DNA of 64,000 bases from Haliotis cracherodii (taxonomy: Eukaryota). Location of the stretch: assembly GCF_022045235.1 (NCBI RefSeq), contig NW_027266330.1, positions 21,638,001 to 21,702,000 of the forward strand, read 5' to 3'. This document shows, piece by piece, positions 25,919-38,126 of the stretch. A program made the position numbers and the translations under genes. Every line of letters starts with the position of its first letter. Positions within the stretch are counted from its first letter, which is position 1. The notes below the pieces were generated by a model. The model saw nothing but the letters and a program-made list of their open reading frames with translations. It ran no database searches and was not told where the DNA came from.

Positions 25919-28900
25919 CTCTTTTAATGGGTGATGGCTGTAGCTAATTAATTCAAATGTACGCTCGTCACTGGTCGGTTTTGGTACATTATGTGAACTT
26001 ACTAACTTGTGCTTCCAAATATATTAAGATATATTTAAACTGTTTTCCGGTACATCTGATGATTTTTTAGAGCATTATATTCATATTATATAATCTATTT
26101 TTAATTTTACGTTGGCTCCTTAATTTTATCAATTTGCAAAACATCTGACCACATATTTCACCCATAATCGATGAAGTTTCAAAGTTAAAGAAGGATTTGA
26201 ATTAATAGGCTTTCTGGTGGCTGATATTGACTACAGGTCTGATTAAACAGTAGACGTCAAGCAAGAAATGACATCAAGGCATTGCTTTCAATGAAACGAT
26301 ATTTCATTCACCGAATGAAATAATATTTCAGAATGATTATGAAAATAATGATGATAGAATTCGCCAAGCAACTGGGTCAAAAATGCAATATATGCATTTC
26401 ATGTGGCCTTACCGTATTTATTCATACACTATCGATCACGATGCATGTTGTCCAGTGAGTAATTATTTTGACATTGAATAGGGAATGAACAGCATGATGA
26501 CTACCAACAATGTATGACTGTAAAACACCAAATCAATCAGATGTCCTTACACCTCCTTACAATTCTTTTTCAAACATTGTACATTAACTGCCGGGCAAAA
26601 GAAAGTATACACTTGAATAATGAATTTGACCAAAACATTATAAATCGAAACGCTACTCGGCTGAAAACGGTCGCGGAAACACGGTAAACTGAAGATCCAA
26701 AACATATCTGTGATACACCGTGTCAAATACATCACCATCGAATAACCATTTCTTGTTTCTTTCATTCGGCCACCATCAAACATGGATGGATACTCTATCT
26801 AGCACGGCACTTTAGCAAAATATTCCCATGGATATTTCTTCAATAAAACAAAACCTTAGTCTCCAGTTTAACCTCTGCAGCCCGGACACCTTTTAATACA
26901 GAAACCCCGACTTCCGGACAGTTACTCTTGGTAACATTTACTTAAAATTAAAAACATATCACCTGGTACCCAAATTCGTTAATACCGTGACTAGGAACTT
27001 TACGGTCCTCATAGCGGGTTTCAATGTATAAAAAACTGTTATAACAATTTTAAAACCGGTATGAATCAAATTCCTTCAGGAACCTCTCCCGAAAAAGCTT
27101 GTACCTTTTTTGAGCCCCAGTAAGGTAGGCGTTTTATCTGATCTAGGAAACAACAAAGGCTCGATATACATCGTCCAGAAAGGCAACAGTAGAAATCTAC
27201 GCCCCGAACAACGTGCTTCTTTGGTGTTTGACTACTAATTTGGCGCTAAATGACAAATTGAAATGGGATTGGAATTACAAAAGTGATAAATTAAATTACC
27301 CTTTTCCCAGCACAGGAGGCAAAGAAACACCAAAGAACTTTGCAGGCTGAGACTTTGATTTAATTTAAGGATCAAATCTCCGTAGACGATGTAACAGTAC
27401 ATTGAACCACCGTCATCCTTCGGGGGATGTTTTTAAATGTTGATTCTGGATAGAGATGTACAAGCTATTTTCAATGTAATTCGATATCTAGACCAATTCA
27501 ACAAAACATCGCAAAAACTCTCTGCCGTTTCAATATTCATGCAGAGAAATAATTGCGTTTAATTTTCTTGTGAAAGATATTTTGATAAAACATTATTTGT
27601 TTAACACGCAAAACCAAAAGTAACAATTACATTAATTTGAAATAAACAGATCTAATATGATTTGGTTTCTGAAGTAAGTTTTAAAAAAAAAATGATGAGT
27701 CGATTTGAAACACACATCAAGGAAATCGTGAGTTTTTGTATCATTTACTATCCATTTTTTAGGTGTGACCTTACAAATAAGGTGGACTTTTTTGTTCCGT
27801 GAAGTGTCCTGGGAAACGGTAATTTCATTATAATGACATATTTGGTATAATTTAGTATATCTTCTCCAGCTAGACAATTACTTTATTATCTCGAGAAATA
27901 CATAAACTGTTTTTATCAAAGTATCTGTTAACTTATGATCATATGTAACTGTGACATGTTTAGAACTATTTTCTTACATATCTGTAAGACTGTAGGATAT
28001 TTCGGGAACTTTGCCTTTTCGAGTTCTTGCCATCCGAACTAAATCTCGTGAGCACAAACTCGCTGTACTGGCGCCGCTTGCCCTGGATATAATCTGAACG
28101 CGCCACAAATTCTGTAGAGCGGCCCAACATGGAACCGCACACTCAATCCGGCACCGCTGAAACCAAGATGACGTTTAACCTAGGATTCCAAGACCAGACT
28201 CACGTTCTTCATTTTCGCCATAATTGGCCCAGAAACACAACGAGATTTGGACGTAAAGGAGCCAATTTGGGTAATTGCTGTTATAAACCGAACGCTGTAA
28301 GTTCAGAAGTCTAAAATTCTTGAAATCCCAAAGAAAATCTCTCTGATTTAAGGACATCACACTCCGCCACCAAACGACACCGTCTTGCCTGTCCGCCATT
28401 GTTTGGTCACGTGAAACCATGACAACCAAGCGACGTCGAGCGCGTGCGTCTGTGCCCCCCTGCATAGATTTCTTTACGTATCTGCACGAGTTCTATCAAC
28501 AATGTACCGGGCGTATAATACTGATAAGAGCCCTAAAGAATTCTTCAAAATCCGTAATTGAATTTTGCTTTCTCGCGGCACGTTCCTTCTCCCCGGTCTT
28601 TGAGAGAAGAGGTTTTGACTAAATCATCGTAAACGATATTTGCACTAAATTTCGACATGTGAATGATCCGCGGAAAATTGTAGCAAATAGTTTCTATATT
28701 GTTTCCCTGTTTGACTGCAATTGAAGAGGCGGTAGCTATAGCTTTGAGTGGGGTTTATTCAATTCGTATTCATTAGTTTTTATGGGCTGACAAAGTAAAA
28801 GATGTCCTGCGGCACGTTGGTGAACTAGCGTATGTGGGCTTGTTTCGTCTCGAGCACGTGCTTGGCTTCAAGTTGTCACCTCATAAATGAGGGTTTATTA

Positions 28901-29544
28901 TATTTATGTTCGCGATTGAAGTTTTTAATCAAAAATGGACAGAAGATGTGTGTTTGGTTGAAATTAAGAATCCTTAAATACCAGCGTTTGGGTTTAAGCC
29001 CCTGGTTTAACCCAAACCTTTAATTCAATTTATGCTGACCCCGAAAACTTAAATGTTTTAATTAAGTGTCTAAAACCGGAGGCCTTAATGTCGGTGATTA
29101 ACCCGGAATCTACCCTTTGCCTCTTCTGTCTGATTTAAAATAACGCAAATAAATTATTGGCATGTTCAAAGAAACTTATGTTATCGATACATTGCGTTGG
29201 TTTAAAGCCCGCACAGAACAAACTGACAATAATGATATTTTCTTAAACCTCGATGACGAATAGTAAGAAGGCGAGTGTTTGTACAAACCCACGAGATTAA
29301 AGTACTGCTCTTATGTTCGGAGAATGTTCTGCCGTGTGGTTGCTGGCTTCAAGCACAGCTAAATATCAATTTCGCATGGAATGCACGTGCAGCACACATT
29401 CCTATTGTGCAGTTAGTGTGATGTAATTTACAACACGTGATCAAAAGACGATCTTTCATTGGATAAGAAGTATTGGGCGTGTTTGAAGCCAAGTATTGGA
29501 TAGATGGTAACAATCGTGCATTCGACACAATCGAGAGATTTAGC

Positions 29545-29950
29545 GATCAACATGTCCGCCCGTCAAACGTCCGTTTTCCCTTTCCGGAGCGGAACTCCAA
29601 AACCGTTAAATATTTCTTGATGAAACTTTCTTTATTGATAAGCCTGTGGGGGAACTGGTGCCACTTGATGATTTGGAATTTGTATTCTTTTTATTTTGTT
29701 TTGTTTTCATGCATTTTCATGATGAAAACAGGTTGTTTTCCCTTACCGGAACGGAAATCCAAAACAGTTAAATATTTCTTGATGAAACTTGCTATATAGA
29801 TCAGTCTGTTGGTGAACTGGTGCCTTTTGTACAATTGAGACTTTTTTATTGTTTTATTCATGGCGAAAAGTTGGACTTCTATTGAAAATGAGGGTAGTGC
29901 TCGTTTCCGGAGATGAAATTTGCTATACAGATCAGTCTTGTGGTGAACTG
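29545..29950. repeat. Relic element with about 160-bp internal tandem units (possibly Helitron/HINE-type)
   Basis: tttccctt..ccgga.cgga..tccaaaac.gttaaatatttcttgatgaaactt twice plus a partial third unit. Confidence 0.5.
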
Positions 29951-30465
29951 AACAGCATTATATTTTTTCTCCACTGAGCTGAACGTATCCAATGGCAATG
30001 AACCAAAAGTTGGGTATAAGTGGCCAAACTCCATTTCCATATTGCACCAAATCGGAAGACTCGGCGTGACGAGCGAACGCCTTAACTACTGGTCTACCCC
30101 ACAGCCCTACAGCCCTACGCCGTCAAATTGCTGAGTGCGGCGATAAACAACAAACAAGCAAACAAAAAAAACAACCCAAAAAAACATGTCCACCTCCAGT
30201 CTCAACAGTTGCGTTAGTTTCAGAACTCTCCCCTAAAGACCCACGCTTAAAGTGCGGCTCATATCAAAACATCAATAACTCTACCTGTAGCCAGAGACGC
30301 TCCATGAGGCTGACGTCCCGACATTTACGTCTATTGCTGTATCTGTTCTCACGGCTACTTTACGACGTATTAGGTAACTGCAACTACATGTACCACAGCA
30401 ACTTCAACATACAACACGACTACCTCTACAACGGTTACATGTACATCAATCAGTACTGCTGCGAA

Positions 30466-30708
30466 CCGCGAAGATGTGGGTTCGAATTTATCTTCATCAA
30501 CCCATGTTTGTCGTGAGGGGAGATTAGCGGGATCGGATGTGAGACTCGCAGACTTGATTGATGCATGTCATCGTATCCCAATTGCGTTAATCGATGCTTG
30601 TGATGTCAATAACTGGACTGTCTGGTCCAGACTCGATTATTTACAGACCGACCTAATATAGCTGGAATATTTCTGAGTGCGGCGTTAAACAAACAAACAA
30701 ACAAACAA
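30466..30708 (+). mobile_element. SINE-like family B, full length, (AAAC)n tail
   Basis: Head-to-tail match ending gcggcgttaaacaaacaaac. Confidence 0.8.
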
Positions 30709-31169
30709 AATAACTACTGCTGCTGTAGCAACTAAATCGACTGCCCCCTGTGCTTGTCGTAAGATCCGACTAACGGGGATTGGATGGCTCACTTCGGCGA
30801 TTTCATGTCTCACAGGTTTGTCTGGTCCAGACTCGAGTTTTATCAGACCGACCTAACAAAGCTGGAATATTACTGACGCCATTCATCTACCTATTACCTA
30901 CTTCAACAACTACTGTCACGACGTCTACATCTACACAATACTACGACGTGCTCTACAACTACGAAGCCAGGGGTGTCCACATCAGCTGGGACAGAACTAT
31001 TTCCTTGGCAGCCAGGATTCGATGATGTCATGGGTTTGAATCCAGATTCGCCCAATATATTATCCCTGCCTGCTAAGCATCATGCCCATGCTCGTAAAAT
31101 CTGGGCTTTTTTCTCACGTTCAGGTGTGGCGCCGTGATACAACGGAGACACTGAGCACCGTAAAACCGA

Positions 31170-31667
31170 ACTCACTCACTCACTCACGCATGACTCACTC
31201 TCGCTCTCTCTCACTCACTCACTCACATTCTCGCTCTCACTCAATCTCTCACAATCGCTCTCACTCCCTCGCGCTCTCGCTCACTCACTCACTCTCGCTC
31301 ACTCACCCTCTCACTCATTCTCGCCCTCACTCACCCTCTCACTCACTCACTTATTCTCGCTCTCACTTAAACTCTCACTCATGACTCTAGCCTCGCTCTC
31401 ACTCACTCACGCTCTCCCTCACTCACTCGCCCTCTCACTCGCTCACTCACTCTCACTCATGACTCACTCTCGCTCTCACTCACTCCCTCACTCACTCACG
31501 CTCTCACTCACTTACTCATTCACTCACGCTCTCTCACTCCCTCACTCACTCGCCCTCTCACTCGCTCACTCACTCTCACTCATGACTCACTTTCGCTCTC
31601 ACTCACTCACTCACTCACTCACGCTCTCACTCACTTACTCACTCACTCACTTACTCACTCACTCACT
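31170..31667. repeat. (CACT)n-derived compound microsatellite
   Basis: ctcactcact / ctcgctct repeats continuing from a SINE tail. Confidence 0.9.
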
Positions 31668-33975
31668 GTACACCTACGTACAACTCAATGTACACAATAT
31701 TGCCACACGTTCTTTATTCCTCAAGGACCGCTGACATCGATACAGGGTTTATGACGTGAAAATTTCAACACAATATTTGAAACACCGCCACACGTCTCTT
31801 ACTGCTACTCTCGTCCTTGTTGCTATTGCAGCTTAAAACGACTTAATTTAGTTTATAGTGCACGTCTAATCTGGAATAATGTAGGTCATTAGTGAGCCTC
31901 ACCAACAAATCGCCTCCATTAGCCAATAAATCCTTCTTTATAATCAACTGGGCGACTAAACGAACTGATAGCTTGTGCATGAATATTTTAATCCAATCAA
32001 ATCACTGCACTAAAATCCCAATATAATATCGACGATAAGGATTCAATATTCCTTCATTAGTTTATCGATAAAGTTGTGTACCCTACAAAGAAATAATATC
32101 TTCCAACAAAAAAGTGAAAAAGCTCCTAGCATCCCACAATTTATTCCCTGATCCCAAGTTCGTAAAAAGTTCGCGGCGTTATTGCAGTTGTAAGTTGTTA
32201 AATCAAACATAGCAATTTCGAGGCGCTCTTTGGAGCAAAGAGATTTTAAATTGAAAAGTTATATTACCTAAGGGTATCTTTTCCACTTTCGATAATACTA
32301 TTAATGCATATTCTTGTTTCCCTTCCCTTGAAATATGAATATAAATGATAATTTCGCAAGCGGAAGAAATTGCTCTGTGGGGTCTTTGAATTAAAAGCGT
32401 GTTCTCCGGTGCCAATCAGAAATGAAAAGGCTTCGGTTGTTTATTAGATTACATTCACAGTCGAGCTGCGAACAATACAAATTTACAAACCCATTGAATT
32501 ATGATATCAATATCATGCACTGCCTCCACCTTACAAGATTAAATACACACTATAAAATTGAATCTTGGAGATAGAATCCAGTCCTCAATTACATACAAAA
32601 ATGGGACATTTGTGTATGAAAGCGAAAATGTAATTCTTATTCTCTACAGTAACTAAAATTTCCAAATTAGGCGCGATGTTTTCATTGCAGTGTTTAGCCG
32701 CCAACCTCTAAACGCTTCTCGCGAAAATAGAGAGCACAGAGCCATATTCATAATTGTCTATCATTCTAGCGAAAACAATGTCCCAAGAGTGCAGGGCGGC
32801 AACGGCGATTGAATTATATTCCTTCGCCATGGCTTGCTCTAATCGCTGTCACAGTGCTATTGCAATATAGTTATTGATTCGCCCAATTCTGCTAATCGTC
32901 AAATCCCTAGAAATCTTCACCGGCCTCCGATAACCGCTATTTCGTATTCACACCGTATGTTTTCGTTTGTCAAGTTGCGGCCGCGACAGTGGTGTCCATT
33001 TCATGCGCGTGCCACGAGGAGGTGTTAATTACATAGTCCACGCGCGCGTACCAGGTGTTGCTCCGACGGGAATGCATGCAAGGTCAGAGGTCACAACTAC
33101 TTCGTTCGTAATGCTCTCGTGTTTAATAACCGATGTCACAACGTTATGACGGCCCGTCATCTTGATCAAATTTAGAAAATGAAACTCCACTTCACTGCTA
33201 TTTACTGCCCGCCTGCCTTCGACCTCATATGGAAACCGCAGTATAATTGGCAAAATGACAGTGTAGGGAGTTTTTGACATAAATGGAATTTCGTCCGAGA
33301 CAGAGTGCTCGTGTGCAGTATGGCGATTAAATTTCTGTCCCAATAGGAAATTAGCTTCAATTACATCTTCAGAACACCTCGACAATAGGATAATGGAGAG
33401 GACAGCATAAGACAATAATAGCACATCATGTATCTGGTGTAAATTAAATACAATTGATGAACATTGTAACGAATAGCCTTTGCGAGAGGCAAAATGCGTG
33501 CGAACACATTGGAAGAGCTATCAATCAGGAACGGTTTTTTGACGAAATATGATTTGATTTCGATGGCGGGCTGTAAGTGAAAGGTATGCTATTGTTGAAG
33601 CCGCGTTTGTTACGGCGTCGATGACAAGCTCTGGTTGCAGAAAAAAGCGAAGTAAGCAGTATCATGCTCGGAGAGAACGTCAAACGGCTACAGGAGAATA
33701 TTTTGTTTGAAAATCTACGAGCGGGAACGGAACCAGAAATTACACTGCGTGTCTGGTGAAACAAAACAAAAGTTTGGATTTGTTTATTTGAAGAGTATTT
33801 TTGTTGTAATTGTGGCAATAACCTGTAAATTGCTTATATATTATGATGTGTGTATTTGTAATGGTATTCCCTTAGAATTAATATGACGAATTGATGGACT
33901 AAACCACGGATTCGAACTGAACGTCGAAATATATATCCTCCTCATCATCATCACCTCATCATCGTCGGCATCATT

Positions 33976-34011
<36 letters not shown>

Positions 34012-34584
34012 TTGTTAAGTGCATATTGTTTAACAGTTAGGCAAATAAACAAGCTGTGAGTACAGTTTCAACACATAATAATCACAATAATCTTATCTAA
34101 TCAGGAATATTTATACTTGTTTGTAAAAGACAGTTTTAGCTACTTTTAGAACATTACAATACACAGAAGAAGGAAGTGTTCCTGTTGATGTCATTCATGG
34201 TCTCCCCACATTTCATAACACAATGACTGTACTGTGTTAATGTGTTGCGACAAGGAGACTACTCACGTCCTTGACTATTCTTCAGTACAGTGTATTCTTA
34301 TTTACTACACGTCACTGTGTGACAAAGGATGACAGATATATCTATATCAAGCTTCATGTAAGCTATCGCCAGAACGGTATTAACCACGTTCCAGACAATC
34401 AGGGAGAATTAATCTACAAAATCCGTATACGTGTTATAGCTTAACAAAGTAATTGTTCTTCCATCTTACACGTTGTCTGAGTGCTGGAACTACTAGTATT
34501 TAGGCCTGTATGATTGTGTCTTTAATTGTCTTGAAAGTTGACCTGAATAGTCACGTCACGTTTGTGCCATCACGTATTGACTTG

Positions 34585-35205
34585 TATAGTTTCTGGTGCA
34601 GTTAGTCTACAATGTTGTTAGTTTCTGGTGCAGTTAGTCTACAATGTTGTTAGTTTCTGGTGTAGTAAGTCTACAATGTTGTTAGTTTCTGGTGCAGTTA
34701 GTCTACAATGTTGTTAGTTTCTGGTGCAGTTAGTCTACAATGTTGTTAGTTTCTGGTGCATTTCGACTACAATGTTGTTAGTTTCTTGTGCTGTTAGTCT
34801 ACAATGTTGTTAGTTATTGGTGCATTTTGACTACAATGTTGTTAGTTTCTGGCGCAGTGCATCTACAATGTTGTTAGTTTCTGGTGCAGTTTGCCTACAA
34901 TGTTGTTAGTTTCTGGTGTAGTTAGTCTACAATGTTGTTAGTGTCTGGTGCATTTCGACTACAATGTTGTTAGTTTTTGGTGTAGTTAGTCTACAATGTT
35001 GTTAGTTTCTGGTGCATTTTGACTACAATGTTGTTAGTTTTTGGTGCAGTTAGTCTACAATGTTGTTAGTTTCTGGTGCATTTTGACTACAATGTTGTTA
35101 GTTTTTGGTGCAGTTAGTCTACAATGTTGTTAGTTTCTGGAGCAGTTAGTCTACAATGTTGTTAGTTTCTGGTGCAGTTCGCCTGCAATGTTGTTAGCTT
35201 CTAGA
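34585..35205. repeat. 32-bp minisatellite, about 19 copies
   Basis: Unit tagtttctggtgcagttagtctacaatgttgt. Confidence 0.95.
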
Positions 35206-35549
35206 TCAGTTCAACTTGTCAGCACTTTGCACTCCTTCAGTGACATATGAACCATGTTAATAACACAATAATAATGGGATGACACATTTAAGATGAGGAT
35301 GAAATAAATGTTTTGGACAAAGACCATAAACAGGATATCATTATTATGTTATGATCATAAATAATAATCGATGTCATTCAACGCAGGTTTTTACCCACTT
35401 GGTCTAGGTTCAACATGAAGTTATTCCCGTACCCTGTACAATCACATTGAACAATCACACGAGTACAAAATTGGGCACTTTGTCGTGTATTTCTCGTAAA
35501 AATAAAACTCGTGAAATTGAAACCTTTTCTTTTTTAAATAAAATCTCTG

Positions 35550-35661
35550 GGGTTTTACTTCGATTTTACAGCGGAAATGGGGTTCACACATGTCGGGAAT
35601 CGAACCCGGGTCGTCGGCGTGACGAGCGAGCGCTTTAGCCACTAGACTACTCGACCGCCCC
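35550..35661 (-). mobile_element. SINE family A, internally deleted
   Basis: Reverse complement of head gggcggtcgagtagtctagtgg...gggttcgattcccgaca. Confidence 0.8.
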
Positions 35662-37667
35662 TTTCCAGGTGACCATAAAGCTTGATATATGGATATTGAC
35701 ATGTATTCAAAAACGAAGGTGACGCTTTTACAAGTGAAAACTTCAACATCGCAAAAAAAAATATTGAAGAAATCACAATTCCTGTTTGTTCTAAAAGAAC
35801 TCAAGACTAATATGAACACTTCAGTTACAGGTAGAATCTTTGAGATCGATAAGTTGCACTATATTATTTTCACATTTCACCTGTAACTTCTCTTTTTCAT
35901 CGTATCACTATTAACTTACAACTGTAAACTATTCACTTGCAGTCAGAATACATTTGCCCATAAAATCATTTTCGTGATATGTAATTCAGTTACGATATAT
36001 ATGCAATTATTGATATGGTATTTTTTAAAGCGATAATTCATATAATAATATTTTTTTATAAATTCCCCCTCTTCAATTCCTCCGATGCAACGACTAAATA
36101 ATTCAAAATTTATATTGAATAATTTTCACTTTTTAGCCATCTTTGTCTCGCTATCATGAACAAGATTTGTAAGGTAATCTATTTTCTGTGATAAAAAATC
36201 CAAATAAAACGTATCCAAAAAACGTGAATTTCATCAACCTGTGTGATATTTCATTTCATTAATTCAATTGGGAAAACCTTGGACAGAACTTCGGCGATTT
36301 AACTACTGTCCTTACGAGACAAACAAATTATTAAAAACTTGTGGTGATATGGTTGATGAATAAAAAAAATTAAGCCATAACACTGGAGCCTCACGCGATA
36401 CCATCTTACGTGAAATACGTCCTCATATTCTATAATCCAATTACTCTCCTACGAGAAATTGAATTATTGTTAAAGCTTAAGGAAATGCAATTTACGCTAA
36501 CGTTACAGATACCGAAGGTGATCTTGAGTGATACCATATTCATTATAAAGTATAATTGATAAATATGAAAGATTAAAGAGGCTCTCCTTGACTCAGCCCC
36601 TTCTTATTCCCCGACGGTTGCAGGCGTCGACAGTTATAAATATGGGGCTGGAATCCATACGTCTGTGCATGTCGGAAGGACTGGTTTAATATTCAAGAAG
36701 CGTTGCAAGTAGTACTATTAGGATACCGTCTATAGATACCGTCTCATGGGTACGGGTGCTTTCTTTTGTTGCTGACGGCTGAGCGTTATGTGTGCTTGCC
36801 TATAATCATATATTAGATTTATAGAAATAAAATCAGAATTTTTTTTATGAAATATATCGGATATTAGTTACTGTTTTATTGTTTCTGTTACAATATTAAG
36901 TGTAGATTTCATACATCATTTTTTCAAGTTTAATAGTTGTTTTTTAATTGTGACTGAACAAGACCCATCTGAATGGGTACCAACCACTAAGAATTGGTTC
37001 TGCAAGCGAAGACGAAGAAGCGGGCGTACGTACTGAAAATGGGCCAATACCGATGAATGAATAATATGATATCACTTTTGATATTAAGATTTCGTGATCA
37101 TCGGCTATGAATTAGTCTTCATCCTATTTAGGAATGAGTGAGTTTTGTATGATTTTGAAGGGTTTTGTCTCTTTAATTTTCACATCTCAGTACTCCAGTC
37201 ACTTGACATATTGTTCCCATGTGTGAAATCGAACCGGGATCTTTGGCGTGGCGAGCGGGCGCATCAACCTGCAGGCTACCCTACCGACCGCCCCTTTATC
37301 GATTACAAGAGTTCTTGTGTATGATACTCGTGTAAGCTTCTATTTGTACAAAATTATATTTAGTCGATATGACTTATCGATACGAGTCGATGACTGAGTG
37401 AGTGAATGTTGTTACATGCCGTCAGCAGTATTCCAGCTATATCATGGGAGTTTGGGTGAACCAGTGATTGACAGCATGAGCGATGTCCCACAAGGGTACG
37501 ATCACACACAATCAGCGGTACATTCCAATGTTCATTGCATGGTTCCTAGGACAAGCATTGCATACTGGGAGCCTATTCTTCATTGGACTCCCCGCGGGGT
37601 GTAATTTGATATCCTCGGAATGAAGAAAATTAACTGTTGTGTATATATAGAATGGTAAAAATATTGG

Positions 37668-37868
37668 TCTTGTCGTAAGAGGCGACTAACGGGATCGGTT
37701 GGTCAGGCTCGCTGACTTGGTTGATGCGTAGCATCGTATCCCAATTGCGTGGATTTATGCCCATGCTGGCAATCACTGTTTGTCTGGTCCAGACTCCATT
37801 ATTTACAGACCGCCGTCTTATAGCTGGAATATTGCTGAGTGCGGCGTTAAACAACAAACAAACAAATA
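37668..37868 (+). mobile_element. SINE-like family B, 5'-truncated
   Basis: Starts at cttgtcgtaagaggcgactaacggg; intact tail. Confidence 0.85.
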
Positions 37869-37930
37869 AAAAGATTTGTTATGTACAAAAACCCAGCAGC
37901 ACAATATTTCAAGATATCTTGTCTTGTCTT

Positions 37931-38126
37931 AAGGAAGAGAATATATAGATGTCAACTTCTTTATTATGAGGAACACAACGTTTCGGAGTATATGCTTACT
38001 CCTTCATCAGGCGAATGATGAAGAAGTAGGCATCAACTCCGAAACGTTGTGTTCCTCATAATAAAGAAGTTGACATCCATATATTCTCTTCCTTATGTGA
38101 ATTACGTCTAAATGCTTTTCAAAGAC
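37931..38126. mobile_element. Penelope-like element terminal fragment: about 80-bp inverted repeat with minimal hammerhead ribozyme cores
   Basis: Arms 37930-38009 and 38016-38095; minus strand reads CTGATGA-a-ggagta/agcata/tactcc-GAAACGTT then AATAAA; 13-bp flanking repeat cttgtcttgtctt at 37918-30 and 38127-39. Confidence 0.82.
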
